Origin: Candidatus Sigynarchaeum calidifontis
GTDB taxonomy: Archaea; Asgardarchaeota; Lokiarchaeia; Sigyniarchaeales; Sigyniarchaeaceae
Assembly: GCA_030587475.2 (NCBI GenBank)
Contig: JAUQYZ020000208.1
Coordinates: 1-12,864 of the forward strand
Direction: 5' to 3'
DNA length: 12,864 nucleotides
Shown here: positions 7,703-12,864 of the stretch, one piece after another
Numbering within the stretch: position 1 is the stretch's first letter
Layout of the letters: every line of letters starts with the position of its first letter
Made by a program: the position numbers and the translations under genes
Notes under the pieces: model-generated
Seen by the model: the letters and a program-made list of their open reading frames with translations, nothing else
Told to the model about the DNA's origin: nothing
Database searches by the model: none

Positions 7703-7822
7703 CTGCTACATGAAACCAAAGCGAGAACCCATATTATCATTTCCACGTTGATCTACGCAACGCACAACGGGATTCCCGGCACGACGTGGGATGTGAATAC
7801 CCAGCATTCCAAATCGACTCGC

Positions 7823-9415
7823 TCACATGTCGCTGGAATCGAGCGTCCCGATATCCAGGGCCTGGAAAAGCATTCGCAAGTTGTCCATTATCTCGAGCAA
7901 ATAATTGTCGGTCAAGTTATAAAAAAACACGGACTTGCGGGCATTCTGGCTCGCGCCGAGGACGGAGGACAAGTCCAGCTTGGATAATAGGTCAGAATAT
8001 CTTTCTTTTTCGCATAGAATGCCGATCGAGCCGGTAAACGTTTCTTTTTTTGCAGACTGGAACAATATCTTGAGAAATTGTGCGAACTTGGCCATCTCCT
8101 CCGTGCTCTTCAGCTTGCGTGCATCGATGAACCCGAGCACGCCATCCAAGTCCTTTAACAGCTCGATCTGCTTGTAAAAGTATTCCTTTTCCGAGATCTC
8201 GATCACCACGAGGGACATGCCAAAGTTGAACGTGTAGGTTTTCGACATGCTCGCGGCCTGGAGATCGGGGGATCGATCCATCTCGAGAAACACCTGCAAG
8301 ATCGGATCGAACAAGGATTTATTCTTGACGAGGCCAAATTTCAAGTTTCCCCCGGATTCGACAATACCGGCCTTGACTTCCTCCTTCAAGCTTTGAAGCT
8401 CCTTCGCTTCCACTTTCTTTGCTTCGTGATCCACGAGCTTGTAGGCGAGCAAATTAAATGCATCGGAAACGTTTGACCCGGTAAGTGCCGAAGTCTCGAA
8501 ATACGTGAATCCGTTGGCGTTCGCGACGTCGCTTATTTCCTTTTCATGCACGACGCGCTTCGCTGCCAGGTCGCTTTTATTAGCAAGCAAGATCGTGGGA
8601 ATGTCGCCGCCGGCGAACCGCTTTCGTTCCTCGTCCCATTTCAGGACATTGTCGAAAGATTCTTTGTTCGTGATATCAAAAACAATAATACACGCCTGGC
8701 AACCAGCATAATAACTGAGGCGCACCCTGCGGAAATAGGCTTGCCCACCGAAATCCCAAATCGAGAAATTGACCCTTGCTTTTCTCAATGGCAAGTCGAT
8801 GGAATTTGTGGTAATGCTAACGCCGAGCGTCGGCAAATAATTCTCTTTGAACTTGTTCTCGGCATGACGCAAGATGAGGCTCGTCTTGCCGACGTTCTGG
8901 TCCCCGATCACGATGATCTTGAAGGAAAAATTGCCGCTACTAGACCGAAGCTCGAAGAAATGATCGCGGAGCATCTTCTGCTCCTCCTCGTCCGTGATCA
9001 CCTTGATGAGGGGGATGTCGAGTTCCACGGCTCGCCCTTCTAATATATTCCGAACCTTTTCGGCGGTCAAGTATGCATACGGCAAAGCCGCGTCGACCGA
9101 GGCATCGACCTTCAACGCGACGCTGAGCACGATGTTTTTAACCTTGATGAATATCAACCGGTTCTGGTCGGTGTCGAAAAACGAGACAGGGCCAGAACTC
9201 GTGACCAGCTCCTTCGTCAACCTATCGAGAACATTCTTAATCGATCCCGACACTGCTTTCAACGAGGAATCGGACTCGCCTTGCGATGCGATGGTTTCAT
9301 CCTTGTCGCTGTCGATCGCGATGATGGCCTGGGTGTCGGCGACGCTATGAATGAAGTTCGAGAAGAGTATTTTTATGGACTCCTCGGCAGAATGGTCTTT
9401 CGACGAGGCTATCAA
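7823..9415 (-). CDS. Multidomain Rab-like small GTPase: N-terminal roadblock/longin-like domain, Ras-superfamily G-domain, C-terminal alpha/beta domain (probable degenerate GTPase)
   Basis: G1 GDQNVGKT (8905-8882), G2 YLPTLG, G3 WDFGGQ (8758-8741), G4 NKSD, G5 ETSA; Rab-like YYAGC and IVFDIT. TTG start is uncertain. Confidence 0.9.
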   Translation of the reverse strand: MIASSKDHSAEESIKILFSNFIHSVADTQAIIAIDSDKDETIASQGESDSSLKAVSGSIKNVLDRLTKELVTSSGPVSFFDTDQNRLIFIKVKNIVLSVALKVDASVDAALPYAYLTAEKVRNILEGRAVELDIPLIKVITDEEEQKMLRDHFFELRSSSGNFSFKIIVIGDQNVGKTSLILRHAENKFKENYLPTLGVSITTNSIDLPLRKARVNFSIWDFGGQAYFRRVRLSYYAGCQACIIVFDITNKESFDNVLKWDEERKRFAGGDIPTILLANKSDLAAKRVVHEKEISDVANANGFTYFETSALTGSNVSDAFNLLAYKLVDHEAKKVEAKELQSLKEEVKAGIVESGGNLKFGLVKNKSLFDPILQVFLEMDRSPDLQAASMSKTYTFNFGMSLVVIEISEKEYFYKQIELLKDLDGVLGFIDARKLKSTEEMAKFAQFLKILFQSAKKETFTGSIGILCEKERYSDLLSKLDLSSVLGASQNARKSVFFYNLTDNYLLEIMDNLRMLFQALDIGTLDSSDM

Positions 9416-9468
9416 GGCGATTTCCCAGGTTTTATGCGTGATCGATCTTTATCCCCGATCCATATATC

Positions 9469-10560
9469 TCATTCGATCCATCGAGATAAGTCCGCAGAAA
9501 CGTGCACCTGGGAATCATCAAGGTCAGTCACGCGCCGGGCATTGAGCAAGCACATTGCTGTCTTGATTTCAGCCTTGATCGTCTCTATCTCCATCGTGCA
9601 CGCGTCGCTCGATACCACGTCCATGGTTGCCTTCACGTCGTTCAGTGCCGCGATGAGGAAAGGATAGGCGAGGCCCGCCATGTCCGCACCAAGGCACAGT
9701 GTTTTCACGACATCCAATCCAGTGCGGATACCTCCGGTAGCCATAATAGATAGCCCCGTGTATTTCTTCGCGAGCATGATCGAGACGGGCGTGGGCGTCC
9801 CGCAGTCCTGGAACGTCTTGCCGAGGTTCCGGGTGTATGGATAAGATGCCTCGTCGACGCGCACGGCTTCCACCAGTGAGAAATTCGTGCCGCCAAACCC
9901 GCCCGTGTCCACGGCAGCGACCTTGTAGCCCCGCAAGATTTCGTAATCGGACCGGGAAAACCCCATGCCCACCTCCTTGATGATCACGGGGATATCGAGA
10001 TCATTTTCGATCGCTTCGATGACATCCATGACCTTGGAGAAGTTTCGATCCCCTTCTGGTTGCACGAGCTCTTGAAGCTTGTTGAAGTGGATAGCAAGCG
10101 CATTTGCCTTGATCATGTCGATGCATTCCTTGGCCGTGTCGATCGGCGATTTGGATTTGACGATCTGCGACATGCCTATGTTAGCGATGAGGAAAAGGTT
10201 ATCGGACACGTCACGCGCGATCTTGAACGTGTCCACGAGTTCATAATTGTCGAGGGCAACCCGCTGGCTTCCGACACCAAGGGGGATGTTTGACTTGGCA
10301 CATGCACGAGCGAGCACCTCGTTGATCTTCTTGCTTTTCGGGTGACCCCCGGTCATGGCCGCGATGTAAAACGGGGCATCGAACTTGCGCCCGAACAGGT
10401 GTACCGAGATGTCGATGTCGCCAGGATCGACCGCGGGAATCGCGTCTGGGTGTAAATAAACATCGTCCATCCAATTGCGTGATGATTGCATCCCGTTTTC
10501 CGTGATGAGCTTTATGTGATCGAGTTTCCTGTCTTCGTTGGATTTACGTTCGTTCGACAA
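9469..10560 (-). CDS. fni: Type 2 (FMN-dependent) isopentenyl-diphosphate delta-isomerase
   Basis: RKLDHI, AMTGG, GVGSQR, ANIG, HFNKLQELVQPEGDRNF, KEVGMG, GGTNF, TGGIRTGLD motifs. Confidence 0.97.
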   Translation of the reverse strand: MSNERKSNEDRKLDHIKLITENGMQSSRNWMDDVYLHPDAIPAVDPGDIDISVHLFGRKFDAPFYIAAMTGGHPKSKKINEVLARACAKSNIPLGVGSQRVALDNYELVDTFKIARDVSDNLFLIANIGMSQIVKSKSPIDTAKECIDMIKANALAIHFNKLQELVQPEGDRNFSKVMDVIEAIENDLDIPVIIKEVGMGFSRSDYEILRGYKVAAVDTGGFGGTNFSLVEAVRVDEASYPYTRNLGKTFQDCGTPTPVSIMLAKKYTGLSIMATGGIRTGLDVVKTLCLGADMAGLAYPFLIAALNDVKATMDVVSSDACTMEIETIKAEIKTAMCLLNARRVTDLDDSQVHVSADLSRWIE

Positions 10561-10573
10561 GTTGTTCGCCTTC

Positions 10574-11422
10574 TCAAGATTCTGCTAACGTGATCCGCGT
10601 ACACGGCACGGTTTTACCTTCGATCAAGCCGCTAAGCGATGTTCGGTTGCGGCCACTGATTAAGAATGCCAGAATTTTCTTATCCTGGAGCCGTCCCAGC
10701 TCGCGTAACTTGCCAAAGATCCCGCCCGTGACATCGATCGTAGCCCCACCATTCTGCGCGGTTGCCTCGAGATCAACAAATCCGCCAAACCCGGGGACGA
10801 GGAGTTTCCCGCCCTTGACGACCACTTCGGGTATCAATTTCGCGCCATGGTCTTGCTTCGGGTCTTTATCGAACAGACCGTCGACATCCATAAGATATAC
10901 GATGCGATCCACGTGATGTTTCATTTTTTTTGCCAATTCCACGATGATCGCGTCACCAGACAGGATGCCAAAACCTCGCGTGATGTCAATCACCGGGTCC
11001 CCGTACAAAACGGGAACGAACCCTTGATCGAGCAACGCGTCCACGGCCTCGAGGTTGGCGATGTTCGTGAGACCATTATCGAGGATGAAAATTGCGGAGG
11101 GTTGTACCGGGTAGGCGGGAATGCCGTGTTTCAAGAATGCCCCCACGATGGCCACGTTTAATTCCGCCATCGCCTCGTGCGTCTCGCAGAACCCTTTTGA
11201 TTGGTCACCATGCCCTGCTTGCCGGCCAAGATGGATGCCGTACTTTTTCGCGACGGGATGGCCATAAGAACCCCCGCCATGCACGATGATGAAGGGAAAT
11301 TTGGCCCCTTCGAGCTGCGTGCAGATACCATCGATAACATCTGCATGTAGCGACCTCGGCACGTTTTTATCCGAGAAACAGCTTCCCCCGAGCTTGATGA
11401 TCGTGATGTCCCTGCCCGTCAT
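10574..11422 (-). CDS. ipk: Isopentenyl phosphate kinase (amino acid kinase family)
   Basis: IKLGGS, HGGGSYGHPVAKKY (IPK-diagnostic His), PVLYGD, ILSGD, DVDG, DVTGG; lies between mvk and fni; TAATG stop/start overlap with mvk. Confidence 0.95.
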   Translation of the reverse strand: MTGRDITIIKLGGSCFSDKNVPRSLHADVIDGICTQLEGAKFPFIIVHGGGSYGHPVAKKYGIHLGRQAGHGDQSKGFCETHEAMAELNVAIVGAFLKHGIPAYPVQPSAIFILDNGLTNIANLEAVDALLDQGFVPVLYGDPVIDITRGFGILSGDAIIVELAKKMKHHVDRIVYLMDVDGLFDKDPKQDHGAKLIPEVVVKGGKLLVPGFGGFVDLEATAQNGGATIDVTGGIFGKLRELGRLQDKKILAFLISGRNRTSLSGLIEGKTVPCTRITLAES

Positions 11423-12375
11423 TACCCGACAACCGTTTTAATTGTCTTGTATCCCTTCTTTTCGATGGCGTTCGCCACCTTATCTTGCAATTCCCTGCCT
11501 GGTGTCAGGCAAATAACAAGGCCCCCGCGCCCGGTTCCGGTTAATTTCGCCCCGTATGCCCCGGCGGCACGCGCGGCGGCTATTATTTCCTCTATCTCTT
11601 TCCCGGAGACTGTTAATTTCGCGAGCAATTCTTGATTCTTGTCCATCAAGGCCCCTACTTTTTTCCAGTTCTCTTCCTTTATCGCTTCGACTGCTTCTTT
11701 TTCCAACATTTCGTATTCGTTAAATACAATATTGATTGTTGGATCCGTCTCTTTCAATTTCTTGACATCGGCGACGACATCCTTCGTCAGCGCGGTCTTG
11801 CCGGAGTTCCCGAGAACGATTTCAACGGGCTTTTTTACCTTTAGGAACTCAAATTTATTTTCCGCGCCGGCAAGGCCTTTTTTGAACAAGAGAAAACCGC
11901 CAAATGTAGCGGCGGTGTTATCGATCCCGCTCGGGGTGCCGGATCCTGCAGTTTCCCCCTCGAAAGCCGCCTTGTTTATCTGGGCATCGTCAAGTCCTAG
12001 ATCATATTCTTCGTTTATCGCCCTGGCAATTGCCACGGCGCATGCCGCGCTCGCGCCGATCCCCGAAGCTGCAACTAGATCCCCGCCAAGTGTTATCTTT
12101 ACCCTATCGCTAACGTTCAAATATTCGAGAACCCGCTTGATAAGCGCATCGTATTCCCCCCTTTTTTCTTCCTTGTATCCTGGTGTCGCGGGGCGATTAT
12201 CGATTAATTCGTATCCACCTTTACCCTCGATCCGTTTTACTTCCGCGGTGGTCACTTGGCCTAGAGCACAAGGGATACCTTCCAAGCCGAAAACGACGAA
12301 GTGCTCGCCGAACAATATGGTTTTGCCGAACCCCTTCCCGCTACCCGTGTGACCATCACCCCATCGATCATGCAT
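11422..12375 (-). CDS. mvk: Mevalonate kinase (GHMP family)
   Basis: GKTILFGEHFVV, SGIGASAA, GTPSGIDN, GAKLTGTGRGG. Start uncertain: ATG 12375 overlapping the reductase stop, or ACG 12348 (see findings). Confidence 0.95.
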   Translation of the reverse strand: MHDRWGDGHTGSGKGFGKTILFGEHFVVFGLEGIPCALGQVTTAEVKRIEGKGGYELIDNRPATPGYKEEKRGEYDALIKRVLEYLNVSDRVKITLGGDLVAASGIGASAACAVAIARAINEEYDLGLDDAQINKAAFEGETAGSGTPSGIDNTAATFGGFLLFKKGLAGAENKFEFLKVKKPVEIVLGNSGKTALTKDVVADVKKLKETDPTINIVFNEYEMLEKEAVEAIKEENWKKVGALMDKNQELLAKLTVSGKEIEEIIAAARAAGAYGAKLTGTGRGGLVICLTPGRELQDKVANAIEKKGYKTIKTVVG

Positions 12376-12864
12376 GACCAAGTTCCTTGTATATCTCCAC
12401 CGCGACGTCCACGCGCACCGTGCCCCTCTCGACCATGCGTTGAATGACGCGCTCGTGGAACTGCTCGGGGATCCCGGCCATTCGCACGACGTTCTTCGCG
12501 TGGAGCTTCATATGACCCTTTTGTATTCCCTCGGAGACGAGAGCGCGTAGTGCGGCGAGGTTCTGTGCCAGGCCCACCGACGCTATGACCTGGGACAAGG
12601 TCTGGGCGCTGTCGATCTCCATTATTTTCAAGCATAGCTGAGCAACCGGGTGAGTTTTCGTGGCCCCTCCGATGATCCCGACCGCGACGGGCATCTCGAT
12701 CTCGCCGACAAGGTTACCATCATCATCAACGTGGTACCTGGTCAATGGCCTGTAGGCATGGTTCCACGCGGCGTAAGCATGCGCGCTGGCCTCGACCGCG
12801 CGCGTGTCATTGCCAGTCGCACGGACAACCGCGCTCGCCCCGTTCATGATACCCTTGTTGTGCG
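12368..12864 (-). CDS. mvaA: Hydroxymethylglutaryl-CoA reductase, class II (bacterial-type), 5' part outside the window
   Basis: Frame is open to the window edge: HNKGIMNG...ATGNDTRAVEA.AHAYAA, GGATKTHP, LAQNLAALRALVSEGIQKGHMKLH. Confidence 0.95.
   Translation of the reverse strand, partial: HNKGIMNGASAVVRATGNDTRAVEASAHAYAAWNHAYRPLTRYHVDDDGNLVGEIEMPVAVGIIGGATKTHPVAQLCLKIMEIDSAQTLSQVIASVGLAQNLAALRALVSEGIQKGHMKLHAKNVVRMAGIPEQFHERVIQRMVERGTVRVDVAVEIYKELGHA

Noticed and set aside
7823-7850. C-terminal prenylation signal on the Rab-like protein
   Set aside because: It ends ...GTLDSSDM with no cysteine.
11639-12352. 237-aa plus-strand ORF
   Set aside because: Antisense shadow of mvk.
12261-12635. 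124-aa minus-strand alternative-frame ORF
   Set aside because: Arg/Gly-rich out-of-frame overlap of the reductase and mvk genes.
1-12864. Frequent TCGA/ATCGAT/GATC words; also looked for CRISPR arrays, tRNA/rRNA and IS elements
   Set aside because: The words are explained by ATC/GAC/GAT/GAG codon preference and show no regular spacing; no repeat-spacer array, RNA gene or transposase was visible.

Overview
Archaeal window, most likely Asgard (Loki/Sigyn-like; inferred from a standalone longin-like protein and a roadblock-Rab-type GTPase next to archaeal housekeeping genes). Almost all real genes are on the minus strand. Right to left: class II HMG-CoA reductase (5'-truncated), mevalonate kinase, isopentenyl phosphate kinase, type 2 IPP isomerase, a three-domain small-GTPase fusion (roadblock-like + Rab-like + probable degenerate second G-domain), a B12-binding radical SAM enzyme, glutamyl-tRNA synthetase, a Zn-ribbon CPBP/Rce1-like membrane protease, an MtxX/methanogenesis-marker-4-like protein, a BtpA/SgcQ protein and a longin-like protein. 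On the plus strand at the left edge is a 51-aa gene with its own TATA, SD and T-run terminator, whose N-terminus closely resembles a eukaryotic WH2 actin-binding motif; this is the most striking candidate for an undescribed element. All assignments come from motif recognition by eye; no searches were run.
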